DNA of 63,865 bases, filler included, from Collodictyon triciliatum (GCA_043381765.1; 48 parts of 48 records of this genome joined end to end with filler, not necessarily neighbours in it); one strand, 5' to 3'; shown: positions 23,957 through 37,024, numbered from the whole stretch's first letter. Notes: generated from the sequence alone by a model not told the origin. Program-made: numbers and translations.

Positions 23957-25390
23957 NNNNNNNNNNNNNNNNNNNNNNNNNNNNNNNNNNNNNNNNNNNN
24001 TTAATTAATTAANNNNNNNNNNNNNNNNNNNNNNNNNNNNNNNNNNNNNNNNNNNNATAAAAAAAAACATTTTACTGTACATAATGTTGTTGAAATATGA
24101 TTGATGTCTGAGTACAAATAAAAAATACTCACAGAAAAAAAGGGCGTGATCTGTCTGCAAAAAAGGCGGTTCGGTCATCAAGTTCAGGTATGAAAAAATA
24201 TGCTTTTACCTCCCGTGTTGAGTTAGAGGGGAGGGGTGTGTGGATTATTTGGAAATCTTCAAGCCCACAAATCCTGCAAAAAATAGAAAAAATTGTATTA
24301 AGACGAGTAGAATGAGAGTTGAAACCCTTTTCTTTAAATCGCATAAAGAAGCATATGTAACATGAGTACATAGCTCACCATGTAGTAAACCTTCATATGT
24401 TGGTAAAAAGGCCTCGAACGGTGGGTGTATATAGGCAGTGCCAGTGCGTTGTTTGTAGTCTCATATGTCCTGGGGGAGGGGTGGTGTCTGACGTATCTCT
24501 TTTTGGTGCGGGTTCATGGCATTAATAATACCGTTAGCCTGCTCTCTAAACAATATCCGCCAAAATTACGATTATATACACAATTAAATATGATTCCTGA
24601 TTACGAATTCGGACGGCGTGACGGAGGCACAAGTTAGGCTTTTTCTGGTCTCTATTGAAATATCAATAATTTTCATAAAATGTATGAAAATCTAGAAGCG
24701 TCATATGAAGTTGCTTCACTGCCAAGGGAAACTCCTAACATAGAGAATTGTGACTGTTTTAAGTGGGGTCAATATACGAACAAAAAATATTAAATTATCT
24801 CTGTATAACATTTAAATTACTAATTGGCTGCTGTAAACGCGGAATTGTAGCGTAGATGCATGTTCTTCCGATCCAAACCAACAAATACCACTAAATGATT
24901 CTTGGGTCTGCATAGTAGAGAAAAATTAATCTGGAATCTAGGTATCCATTACAATTTCTTGTGTGAGCCATTAATCATAAAGTCATATGTACCTTGAATT
25001 TGTAGGAGCCGCCAGAAAGTCATTTCTCAGTCTCCTTCGATTTAAAAATTATAGTTTTCTGATTTTTTGTTATTTTTTTGAATGATTAGACAAAGACATA
25101 CTTACTTCCACACACAACACAACCCAACACCCCCACCGTACGTTCTTAGACCTTTACTTCAGGCCATCGGGAAAACTAGGAGCCGCCTATCCACCACCCC
25201 TCCCCCCCTCCTCCAAGTAGTAGATCGAAACAGTTCCCTTTCCCACGGATTTTGTCTTTTCTCCCTTCCATTTTCAACTGTATCAGAGTTNNNNNNNNNN
25301 NNNNNNNNNNNNNNNNNNNNNNNNNNNNNNNNNNTTAATTAATTAANNNNNNNNNNNNNNNNNNNNNNNNNNNNNNNNNNNNNNNNNNNN

Positions 25391-26030
25391 GGAGCTATGG
25401 ATAGGCACACGCGCGGCAAAAGCTGGCAAAGTCTCCCAACAATGCACACTTTGCAGCAACGGTGATGAATCCATTGAGCACACATTTGTGCAATGTCCCT
25501 TCGCTCAAAACCTGCGCGAAACAGCCGGTGAAATTCTTCGACTGACACTCAAGACGGCTGCAGCTGTTGGCCCAACCCAGGCGATATTTGGGCTCTGCAA
25601 CAGCTGCGTCCAGATGCAAAAACATTCTGGGCAGTGACGCGAGGCCATTTGCTATGGACTATGTGGATAGCGCGCATATACTCACGCAAAGCAAGACTCA
25701 ACAACCAGCCACCCATTCCTGATAACAGACTGAATGACATCATACAAATCTCTTTCCTCAATAGCTTTCTTCGCCACCTGCACGTTCTCTACTACTCAGA
25801 CTCTGTGAGAAGAGACATGTGGAAAGAGGCTGAGAAAGAGATTCAACCTCGCCTTGTCTCTCTCATGCAAGCACAAGACCCAGGCTACAGGCCAAACTGC
25901 AGAATGCAATTCCTGATTACCTATTACTTCTCCGCCACCCAACCACCGAGTATCGTCCATGCAAACGATGGCTAGCAAACCAAGCCAACATCTCCACCAT
26001 CCCACACAAAATTGAAAGGAAGAATAAAAA
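25391..26030 (+). mobile_element. Family B LINE, CCHC knuckle to 3-prime end
   Basis: ELWIGTRAAKAGKVSQQCTLCSNGDESIEHTFVQCPFAQ (C-x2-C-x8-H-x4-C, zf-RVT type), frameshift, stop at 25973-25975, AATAAAAA tail. Confidence 0.9.
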
Positions 26031-27790
26031 TTATTTCGTAAAATTACAGAAAAATGATACCAATATTGATTACTCAAGATATTTATTCTTAGATTTTTAT
26101 AATCATCTGTGTGTAAATTCTTTCTCTTATTGAAGAAGTTAAAAATAAGCGAGGTGTTCAGATTGAATACTTGTTAACCCTTTTTTACTCGAGGAACTGC
26201 TAGCGTGTATGAGCACCAACCAGAAGATATCTATACTAGTGACCTTGTTCATGTTAAGAGTAAGTAGGCAATTTTTAACCTGTGTTCATGAAAATATTCC
26301 CCTTTTTGTGTGTTAGGCCTTCCACAAAACATTACATGCGGCACATCTAAATTACCAAGACGTCCTTTATTCATCGATTGAAAAGAGTCCACAAACGCAT
26401 CGAGGAAAATACGGTTCAGGTATGCTGGAGAAAGGAGGGCTGTCAAGTCGAGGAGTCAATCAGGGAACTCGTCACAGATTTCGTCCACTTGGATTCGAGA
26501 TTACTCAGTATTTATGGGCGCTCGTATTGAGACGAAGCGCCGGCAAAATGGCTTCATTGGATAATAAGACCGGCATCGTCAACTTGGCAATATGGAAGTT
26601 GAAAGTAGAGGTTCCCTGCGTAANNNNNNNNNNNNNNNNNNNNNNNNNNNNNNNNNNNNNNNNNNNNTTAATTAATTAANNNNNNNNNNNNNNNNNNNNN
26701 NNNNNNNNNNNNNNNNNNNNNNNTTATTCTGTTTTTTTATTCTGTTTTTTTATTCTGTTTTTTTATTCTGTTTTTTTATTCTGTTTTTTTATTCTGTTTT
26801 TTTATTCTGTTTTTTTATTCTGGTTTTTATTCTGGTTTTTATTCTGGTTTTATTTTATTTTTCTGTGGTATTATTTGTTTTTTATTTTCGCATATGCTGG
26901 GTTTCTATTGAAGATAAAAAAAATCAAGCATATGGAATGAAGTGATAAAAGAAAGGGACCGAATACTGTAACATTGTATCAATTTACCTCTCCAAATCTG
27001 GTTAAAGATAAAGTATGTGTGTTATATCACAGGAACTGATGAATGTTGAAGTTTTGGATGGTCAGCCCCTACAGATAATTCGCAACTTGCAAGTAACTTA
27101 TTGTATTTGCAGATATATTGCTTTTCTGTGGTTTTTACAAATAATACCACATATCTCTCTGTTCATATATACGTTCTGATTTACATATTTTACTAAAAAA
27201 AAATGTTGATTTCTTTTCTTCCTACCTTCCTGTAAAAAAAAAAAAAAATAATGTGTTTTAGGTCATGATTCAAGGACTTGTATATTTATATCACAACGTT
27301 TATCTCGCTATCATCATGAAAATGTCAATTATGGATTACTGTGTAGGACGAGAAATCCTCCAATGAAGAAGTCAAACCCAAAGAACTTCCGGAACCAAAG
27401 GAGGTATTGTGCACAAATATGTGCAAAAGAAAACCCCACAACTTTTATTGAGAGATGGATATGTACAATTGAATCTCATAAATATGCTTTAATTGGACTG
27501 CCATATCACTCTGGTGCTTGAATCAGAACTCCTCAAAACGAGTCACGCGCTCTGCTTTGAAACCAGCCGACGTCAACCCACAAAGTCACAGTCATCAGCA
27601 ACCACAGGCTCCCTCTCCCATATCCACACGCTCCAAGGAAACTGGATTCAATTTTGTCAAGGCTGTGAGTCCATTTGCATATTCTATTCAATCGTGCATA
27701 ATGAATTAGCTACAAAATATATCTTTTTTATGTGTCTTTTTTTATGTGTCTTTTTTTATGTGTCTTTTTTTATGTGTCTTTTTTTATGTG

Positions 27791-27843
<53 letters not shown>

Positions 27844-28056
27844 TTTTTTTTTTTTTTTTTTTTTTTTTGTGTTTTTTTTTTTGTGTTTTTTTTTATGTGT
27901 TTTTTTTTATGTGTCTTTTTTTATGTGTCTTTTTTTATGTGTCTTTTTTTATGTATNNNNNNNNNNNNNNNNNNNNNNNNNNNNNNNNNNNNNNNNNNNN
28001 TTAATTAATTAANNNNNNNNNNNNNNNNNNNNNNNNNNNNNNNNNNNNNNNNNNNN

Positions 28057-28488
28057 GCGTCCAGATGCAAAAATATTCTGGGCAGTGACGCGAGGCCATT
28101 TGCTATGGACTATGTGGATAGCACGCATATACTCGCGCAAAGCAAGACTCAACAACCAGCCTCCCATTACTGATAATAGGCTGAATGACATCATACAAAT
28201 CTATTTTCTCAATAGCTTCCTTCGCCACCTGCACGTTCTCTACTACTCAGACCCCGTGAGAAGAGACATATGTGAAAGAAGCTGAGAAAGATATTCAACC
28301 TCGCCTTGTATCTCTCATGCAAGCACAAGACCCAGGCTACAGGCCAAACCGCAGGATGCAATTCCTGATTACCGACAGCTTCTCCGCCACCCGGCCAACA
28401 AGTAGCGTCCATGCAAACGATGGCTAGCGAACCAAAGCCAACATCTTCACCATCCTGACCAAAATTGAAAGGATGAATAAAAAAAAAA
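28057..28488 (+). mobile_element. Family B LINE 3-prime end (frameshifted)
   Basis: Homologous to 25605-26030, poly-A at end. Confidence 0.88.
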
Positions 28489-29097
28489 GTAATATTATAG
28501 CATAAACCTTTGCTTTGTGTTGGGTTTTGTAAGCCACTATAATGGGTCAATAAAGATACTCGAAAGGTGGTGGGCGTCACTTAAGCCCACATCAAATATC
28601 TTTTAAAAAAAACATAGATTATAAAGGAAACGGTATTCATTTTGGCGATGTGTTTGATCAATAAACTATTGAAGAAAAGAAAGAAAAGAAGGAAGAAGTA
28701 ACGAGCTAGTAAACTAGACTTTGGATTTCAATAGCGATATGTGCCTGCAGTGCTTTCAAGAGCAACAATCAGCAGTGAAATGTATCAAAGTGCTTTGATT
28801 CACTGGTTTTTTTAGGTCACGGACTGCATTCCTTTCCACCAGATATCTGATTGGATAAGGTCGATATGTGGGTCATTTGATGCGCACAATGTGCTTTTCT
28901 CTTCAACTAATACAATCCAATACTCTGGTGCTTTTGTTTCTTGCTATGTGATTGTTAATTTTAATGTAAATGTTGATGTGACAGGATTAATATACCTTCC
29001 ATAGGTACGCATTTTATTATGTGCAGCTGCAATATTTCCCTCTGTTCAAAGGCCGTTACAAATAAAACAAATGAGGAATTGACCAAGAACTGGTAAC

Positions 29098-29287
29098 ATG
29101 ATGATTATTGTGGGAGATTGGAACAACCTGGAGGACTCAGAGTAGGACTCGAACGTCAATAGGAGACCGGACAACGCGTTCAATAAATGGCTTAAGGATA
29201 ACGAGCTATCTGACCCATGGAGAAGAATCCACCCAGGATACCCTGGATTCACCTGCAATAGGATATCTACCAACGGGCCGGTTTTCT
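29098..29287 (+). mobile_element. Non-LTR APE endonuclease fragment (in-frame TAG)
   Basis: MMIIVGDWNN..*D..FNKWLKDNELSDPWRRIHPGYPGFT: GDxN and D.WR..HP..FT motifs of L1-type APE. Confidence 0.85.
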
Positions 29288-30521
29288 NNNNNNNNNNNNN
29301 NNNNNNNNNNNNNNNNNNNNNNNNNNNNNNNTTAATTAATTAANNNNNNNNNNNNNNNNNNNNNNNNNNNNNNNNNNNNNNNNNNNNGCAAAAGCGACCA
29401 AAACAAAGATTCAGTTTATAGCGAGAGTATGCCGAGGTAGTATGAGGCGGTGGGACAGGGTTGGGAGTAGGTCTATGAATCGAAAATCGGAGCGAGCTTT
29501 TCTGTCTACAAAATAAAATAAAATGATAGTTTACACTTCTGACATCCTTGTGAATGAAAATCAAAGATGAATAAACCAGACACACAATAAAAAAAAAAAC
29601 CTGGTCTTGAAGTTTACTTATCAACTGCATCGTCTCAAGCAAAAGGTTCTTTGAGGATAATTGACAGAGTTTAATTTATGGTCGAGTATAAGGCAAATCT
29701 TGAAATATTTAAAGCAAACTAATCTTGTGATTAAAAAAAAAAAAATACCCGAACTATAAGCTTCGTCTCTGAAGCACTTTCCCCAGGTGACTTATCCAAC
29801 TCAGCGCGGTATTGGTCCTCCATAAATTTAAATCTTGATTCCCTCCATACCCTATCCCTCTCACGACTTAATCTTCGATGCTCCCGCAGAAACATATCCA
29901 TGCTGACTTCTTTCGTAACCTTTCCATTTGTTACCCTGAGGAATACAAATATTAGGTCGACATCACCAAGTGATGCAATTATTCCTGAGAAGATTTACGG
30001 GCATTTTATTTATACCAAAGGCAAGTAATTTCGTAGTTTTTTTTTAATTAAAAAAAATACATATAGATAACTATTTGCATAATTCTTATTCGTACTGATA
30101 AACTCTCAAGGGGGTTGTCATCAATTCCCGAGGAGCGAGCTCCCAACTGTATTCCAGACCGAGAGCACGACAACAATCTGAAAAGCGTGAGCTGTGAATG
30201 CTTTATTTCCACCAAATTCAGGGAGTCTTTTCGATAAACGTCCCCAGGGTAGCATCGATACAATATGATAAACTCTATCAAATGAAGTAAAGTTTTGTAC
30301 AAACCATTGGCCTCTCTAATTTTTTGCTGTGCATTTGCTTCATAGATTCGAGATTCTGCAGTAGTGTTCTCTTTAAGCAGAATTTTTCCACTCGGTGTAT
30401 CGATTCCTTTGGATGGTCTGAAGCGAAAAAAAATCCAAAAGAATCATTTCCATATTAAATATAGCTCAAAATAAAATTAGACGCAGCCTAAATACCTTGT
30501 TAAGTTACATAATTAAAAATC

Positions 30522-30619
30522 AGAGAGAAAGAAAGAGAGAAAGAGAGAAAGAGAGAAAGAGAGAAAGAGAGAAAGAGAGAAAGAGAGAAAGAGAGAAAGA
30601 GAGAAAGAGAGAAAGAGAG
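30522..30619. repeat. (GAGAGAAA)n microsatellite
   Basis: Direct reading. Confidence 0.95.
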
Positions 30620-30719
30620 NNNNNNNNNNNNNNNNNNNNNNNNNNNNNNNNNNNNNNNNNNNNTTAATTAATTAANNNNNNNNNNNNNNNNNNNNNNNNN
30701 NNNNNNNNNNNNNNNNNNN

Positions 30720-31908
30720 CAAGCCATACAAGACACCCCAGCAGCTTGTCTCGATGATGGTTGATGATTTGATGGAAGCAATCGACAAGGATTTTCCCGA
30801 CCAAGAGGTTTGTTTTCAAAGCAATTTTTTTTAACTATAATCAATATTAAGATAACTTAAAGATATTTTGGTTCTCATTATAATATCAAAACCTTGCAGC
30901 GTAAGCATCCTGAGGACATGGCGCATGAGCAGTTTATGCGACATCGACTGATTGGATTGGAAGGAAGAGACAACATCTTGGCCATTTTGAAGAAGAGAGC
31001 AATACTGCAACTCGATACTGACGGTTCAGATATTACCGTTGTTGGAGCAGAGTCTGGTATTGGGAAATCGACGATTATGAGCGGGCTGGTTCGTGACCTG
31101 AACGCGGGAAATGAGTCGGATTTAGTAGTCATCTACCATTTTGTCGGATGTTCAAACCTGAGTAACTACGTAGAAAAGTAAGAATAATCAAATAAAATAG
31201 TAAGGTTAAATATTTTAATTGGTCATATAAGTATATTAATCTCCATTTGAATAGTTTGGTGGAGCGTGTTGCTCGCATTCTTGTTGAAAATGAAGCAATC
31301 GAGCTGAAACTTGACTCCGAAGAAGGTTTATATGTCAAATGATAATTAATTTCTATTTCTTTTTTATTTTTTCATTCAACGTGTTACATAAGCACTCATC
31401 TTGGTTGTATGCCTTTGTTGTAGGGAAGGACACTGTGAAGAAGGGACTAGACCACATACTCAAGCTTGCTTCAAGAAATGAGTCGATTTTAATAATCTAT
31501 TTTAATTAAAATAAATATACTATCTGACAAGCCTATCAATACAGGAAAAAGCAGGTTGTCTTGGTCATCGATGCATTCAACCAGTTGGTCAATTCAGAGC
31601 AAAACAAACATGTCCATCGCCTTGAATGGCTTCCCAAAAAGACACCAAAGAACATCTCCATCGTCGCATCCACCATTGACACCCACGAATCATGCAATGT
31701 TTGTTAATTTTTTCGAAAATATAATATGCTTGGATTAATCCAATCGCTTTTGAATAGGTTGCCAGGTCAGCAGGGCTAGATGTCATTCCTGTATCGAAGC
31801 TTGATGATGTTGGAATCAGACAAGCAGCCACCTCTTTCTTCAAGCGCTACAACAAGACCTTGAACGAGAAACAGATGGAAATGATACTGAGTGACCGTGA
31901 TGATACTG
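30720..31908 (+). CDS. NACHT (STAND) NTPase, TEP1/NPHP3/TTC41-like, internal exons
   Basis: DLMEAIDKDFP; HEQF..GR; Walker A VVGAESGIGKSTIMS; VIYHFVGCS; Walker B VVLVIDAFNQL; LEWLP; YNKTLNEKQ. Confidence 0.88.
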
Positions 31909-32051
31909 GTGATTATAGCTAATAATTCGAATATTTTTATATTTTATTGTTNNNNNNNNNNNNNNNNNNNNNNNNNNNNNNNNNNNNNNNNNNNNTTAAT
32001 TAATTAANNNNNNNNNNNNNNNNNNNNNNNNNNNNNNNNNNNNNNNNNNNN

Positions 32052-32171
32052 TGGGTTTTTTTATGGTTTTTTTATGGTTTTTTTATGGTTTTTTATGGTT
32101 TTTTATGGTTTTTTATGGTTTTTTATGGTTTTTTATGGTTTTTTATGGTTTTTTATGGTTTTTTTATGGTT
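32052..32171. repeat. (TTTTTATGG)n tandem repeat
   Basis: Direct reading. Confidence 0.9.
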
Positions 32172-32333
32172 TGCATCATAGCATAACTTTACATATTACG
32201 ACTCCACATGTCGACGTATACATCTGATATCGAATAAATATATATCACGCCATGTCATCGGAATTAGTCGCAACCTATGGAGACAGAACCCCTACACAAG
32301 ACATTATATCAGAATCACGCGTCGACTTACTGG

Positions 32334-32524
32334 TCGGCCAAGAACGCGGCGGGATCGACGGGCTTTGTGCGGAGGAGTTGCCGAAGAGCCGAGGCGAGAT
32401 GCGCGCTGATCTGCTGAGCCTGCAGATACTCGCCCAGGGACAAATCGCGCAGCCGCTCCTTTTCGCGATCCTTCTCGCGCTCTTTGTCTCGCTCGCGGCC
32501 TCGTGCATTGGCTGCGTCTGTCAT
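32334..32524 (-). CDS. First exon of a Dpy-30/RIIa-like docking-motif protein (TPGS1-like)
   Basis: MTDAAN..LSLGEYLQAQQISAHLASALRQLLRTKPVDPAAFLAD then GTAAG donor; YL..L..AL..LL..KP.DP..FLA pattern. Confidence 0.55.
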
Positions 32525-33379
32525 TGTGCTTTGCTTTGCTTTGCGCTGCGGCTTCTTTGGTTTTTGGTTTTTGTTTTTATTATTATGTGCTTATGATTAT
32601 TTCCCGTAACGCAGCGAGCAGGCAGGTGGATAGTTGCTTGTCTTTTCATTTTCTTTTCTTTTCTTTTCGTGGCTTTATTCTTCTTTCGTGTGGGCTTCAA
32701 TGAAGAGAGTACGCCTGGATGAAAGGGAAAGAGCGAGGAGGATAAGGGAGTTGCACATATAAATCATGACGGGGATGGCAGGTAAGAAAAAAAAGGGGTT
32801 GAGGAAGAACGGATTAATTGATAGTTTTTTTTTTTTTTGGTTTTGGTTTTTGCTTTCAAGAGAAGAAAGGAAAGGAAGCAGAGAAGAGGAAGGACAGGGA
32901 AGGGAGAAAACCAAGGCTTGATTTCCTCGGTGCGTAGAGTGTCGCCTGTGGCTCCTGTGATGAAGTTTTTGATTGCTGCTTCATGAGCGAATCGCTGTGG
33001 CCGAAGTAACGACGGGATAAGTGGTGGGCAGTACGGTCTGAGCGCGGCCGTAGCGGGGTGGGCGCAGCGTTGTCTTCTGCTGGTGTGATTGGAATATGGC
33101 CGAGGCTGTTGACCATGCTACGTTCTGGCTCGGGCTGATTGTGTGCGACATGTTACTGGGTTTGCTTCATTCTTTTCTTTTCTTTTTTTGTTTTTGTTTG
33201 TTTTTGTTTGTTTTTGTTTGTTTTTGTTTGTTTTTGTTTGTTTTTGTTTGTTTTTTTTTGTTTTTTTTTTGTTTTTTTTNNNNNNNNNNNNNNNNNNNNN
33301 NNNNNNNNNNNNNNNNNNNNNNNTTAATTAATTAANNNNNNNNNNNNNNNNNNNNNNNNNNNNNNNNNNNNNNNNNNNN

Positions 33380-33540
33380 TTCTGATTTTTGATTTTTGAT
33401 TTCTGATTTCTGATTTCTGATTTCTGATTTCTGATTTCTGATTTCTGATTTCTGATTTCTGATTTCTGATTTCTGATTTCTGATTTCTGATTTCTGATTT
33501 CTGATTTCTGATTTCTGATTTCTGATTTCTGATTTTTCAG
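33380..33540. repeat. (TTTCTGA)n heptamer repeat, intronic
   Basis: Direct reading. Confidence 0.95.
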
Positions 33541-33576
33541 TTTTTGGTTCTCTGAACAGTGAGTTTTTGTTAATAC

Positions 33577-34311
33577 CGGAAGATCTGATGCTTCACAGAA
33601 CGGGCATGAAAATGATAGAGACAAAGACAGAGGAGATTGAGCTTCATTCTTTATCCTCTCTGTAAAAAGGAATTAGTTGAGAACTGATACAAGTTGTACA
33701 GGGAATGAGACAAATAATTACAAGTATCCTAATTATGGTGATATTGAAATCGGATTAATCATAAAAGGCACCCGATGGCCAAAAGATGCATTTTTTTCAG
33801 TTTAATTATGGCATACATATTTTCCGCTATTCATATATGTTTCCTATCTCATACATTTATGTGATTTAATGCGAACTGAAACTTGAATCACAAACCAAGC
33901 TCTGCTCGTGTATACATGGGCTGCACTGGGTGATCTGGTGTGTGGCTTTTTGATACATTTTCGTTCTCATAGCACTCTTCGCATAGGTCGTAGTCGTCAC
34001 ACACAAGGCACCTACAAAAATAAAATAAAAAAACGAAGTTAGGATGGAAGACTAAGTAGAGTGTTGTCCAGTATTACATTTCAAGTATACTTTGAGACTT
34101 TGGTTGGGGGAGATGTAAGACATAGAGGCGCTGAAAGTACAAGTAATATATCAGTATTTTTGTGTTTGCAATTCAATATTTTTTTCAAAGAATGCAAGAA
34201 AAGGTGTGTTTGGAAGAACAAAGGAGACGCAGCCTACTTGTAGCGGATTCCCTCAAAAGATGAAACTCTGCAGCCATCACAGGTAGTCGATGTATGTGTC
34301 GTAGAAAACAT
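33577..34311 (-). CDS. KCMF1: KCMF1-like E3 ligase N-terminus (ZZ finger plus start of C2H2/Di19 finger); exons 34311-34238, 34011-33896, 33659-33577
   Basis: Spliced [70 protein letters not shown], same order and spacing as KCMF1 (H..V.CD.C....F.G.RYKCL.C.DYDLC..CYE..HT.DHP.Q..SF.CP.C). Confidence 0.82.
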
Positions 34312-34384
34312 CTGATCGGGATAGGTTGGCCAGGCAGTGGGTCTTTGCAGAGTGTTGGTTATGACAAAAATCGCACTCCTTTAT

Positions 34385-34610
34385 TTTATTGGGGTTTTAT
34401 AGGGTTTTATTGGGTTTTATTGGGTTTTATTGGGTTTTATTGGGTTTTATTGGGTTTTATTGGGTTTTATTGGGTTTTATTGGGGTTTTATTGGGGTTTT
34501 ATTGGGTTTTTATTGGGTTTTTATTGGGTTTTTATTGGGTTTTTATTGGGTTTTTATTGGGTTTTTATTGGGTTTTTATTGGGTTTTTATTGGGTTTTTA
34601 TTGGGTTTTT
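34385..34610. repeat. (TTTTATTGGG)n / (TTTTTATTGGG)n tandem repeat
   Basis: About 20 units running to contig end. Confidence 0.92.
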
Positions 34611-34710
34611 NNNNNNNNNNNNNNNNNNNNNNNNNNNNNNNNNNNNNNNNNNNNTTAATTAATTAANNNNNNNNNNNNNNNNNNNNNNNNNNNNNNNNNN
34701 NNNNNNNNNN

Positions 34711-35090
34711 GTCCCAAATGCAACAAACATACTCTAAAGACCGCTCTGCGGTCTGGAAGGAAGTGCGTAAACTATGCAGAGAAGTTGTCTTTGCACTCGA
34801 CCTAGTGCCTTTTTAACTCAATGCGAACTTCCCCTGTCCACCATCCTTTCAACACCTTGCGCCACCAAAGTAGTATTCCCATTCTCTTCCACTCCCCTCT
34901 AAACAAAATCAAGCCCGCTACATTTCCTCTCCCAAGGACTTCACCACAAGTCCTATCCTGAAAGGAATCCCTGGGCCTCTTATCAAGCCCCAGGGTTATT
35001 ACCTCCTTTCTCTTCCTCTTCATCCTCTTTTATCTCCTTTCTCTATCTTCTATCTCTAAACTTTTCTGATGGCACATCCGCCATCACTTT
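34711..35090 (+). mobile_element. Dispersed repeat family D, probable LINE ORF2 end plus 3-prime UTR
   Basis: YSKDRSAVWKEVRKLCREVVFALDLVPF* (stop 34814-34816); collinear shared blocks with 39240-39520. Confidence 0.55.
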
Positions 35091-37024
35091 CTCTTTTTTA
35101 CCTCGGAATACTTGCTTGGTGGTTGAAAAAAAGATTGTTGGCACGGGCGCCAACAGCTTAGTCTGGCGTGAATAAAAAAAAAATAGGAAGAAAAACGGAA
35201 AATATTGGAAGAAAAATGGGAAAAGAAAATAGGAATGAGATGCAAAAGAATACAGAAGTTAGAAGGATGGAGGCCAGAGAACGGAGCGAAGCCGCCCAAA
35301 AAGCATCTGCCCAATCAACCTATCCGCTCCTGAACGAAAGCTTGCGATTGTGAATCAGGGCGGTTATAAATATTGGGTCTACAACATTAAGTGTTGTATA
35401 TGTTATATATATGTAATAATATAAGTGACTTTTTGTATCATGGGTTCTGCCCAAAGATGGAAGATACATCGCTCCTTCCATATGCGTTATCTTTTTCTAC
35501 ATGTGGCATGATTTCGCGGTTCTCAGAAAGCAGATAGCCTCACGCAAAGGGGATAAGCACGTCGTTCGCGCAAGTCGTGTGTGGTATGTGTTCTATGCGA
35601 TTGTGTGCTCCAGCCTTCGAGATAGAGAGAGCGTGTGCCTCAAAGCCTAAGTACCCTCCGTTATCACACACCGGATATCACCAGTCGGGTCGTCAGTGGC
35701 CTACCGAAGTGCTACGAGCTATCTGCCCTTCACACGTCAGAGAAGGTATATTTTTTTAGTTTGCAAATGAAGGAAACGAAAGTGTCGCGTTTGTCGCTTA
35801 TAATAGCTGATTATCATCTTTTCGGATATGTCAGAATCATCCATTCTCATTTTGTATGATATTGTACGTTGGACTCACATATTCTATTTACATCCTTTGT
35901 AAGATAAAATACAATAAATGAATCTTTTGGTTTGCGCCCAANNNNNNNNNNNNNNNNNNNNNNNNNNNNNNNNNNNNNNNNNNNNTTAATTAATTAANNN
36001 NNNNNNNNNNNNNNNNNNNNNNNNNNNNNNNNNNNNNNNNNATAACCACACGTTTCGTTATGAAGGATGTTGATGCCTTTGGTTTTATCATGCCGGACTG
36101 GCTTGAATTACAACTATCATATTGCAAGCTCAAGAATTCATCTTTTTTTTTTTATTGTTTTTTTTATTGTTTTTTGAACCTTGTTAAAAAGGAACAATGA
36201 GGAATCATATAAATCGGATATTTCTGGATATTGCTATGAACATTATATCGACTTATGTGAGTTGATATCCTTGTGAGAATAAGTTTGTAGCTATATGTAA
36301 ATTGAATGACAAAGGAGAGGTTTCATCTTGATGGGTTTGGTTATCGATTAAACAATTCACATCCAACCTAATCAATTAAAGAAGGTATGGATAAGTGAGA
36401 TGAGCAAAGGTGTCTTTCAGAGAGACTGCTGTTTTATTTGGAAGCGCCTATCATGGCGAATATGGTTGACCATTTAGATTTATGCAATCCGAGACCATGT
36501 AACGCGAAAGTAGAGCAAAAAAGTATGAAGAAAAAGTAGAGCAAAAAAGTGTGAAGGAAAAAAAGGAAGGAAAAAAACCAGTCTTGATTATACTGTATGG
36601 CACGTAAAGTGAAATCAGATAAAAAAATTCTTTCCATACTCAGCCAGCTTCGGCGATTCAGCGCCTTGCACAGGGGTCAAAGGAGAAAAAGGAGAGCCTG
36701 GGGGCTTGTGGTATGATTTTGAGAGTGAAAAGGCATATGATATGTCGGTGACAAAGATAACAGAACAAAATGGCAAGTGTAAATCGTTTTATCTCTTTGG
36801 TTGTGCGGACTAAGGGCCTATGAGGAGCCATCAAAAAGCCATGATTATATCATTTCTATCCAGTGAAAAACTTGATATTGACCATTTTATATTGAAGAGA
36901 AAGTGGTGTGTTATTGTAAACTTTTGTCTTAAGGAATCAGTAAAGTACAACACATAGAAAGGAAATTAAAAATGATGTGATAATGATTTTATATATTCTA
37001 TGCCTCGAAGAAGTAAGCAAGCAA

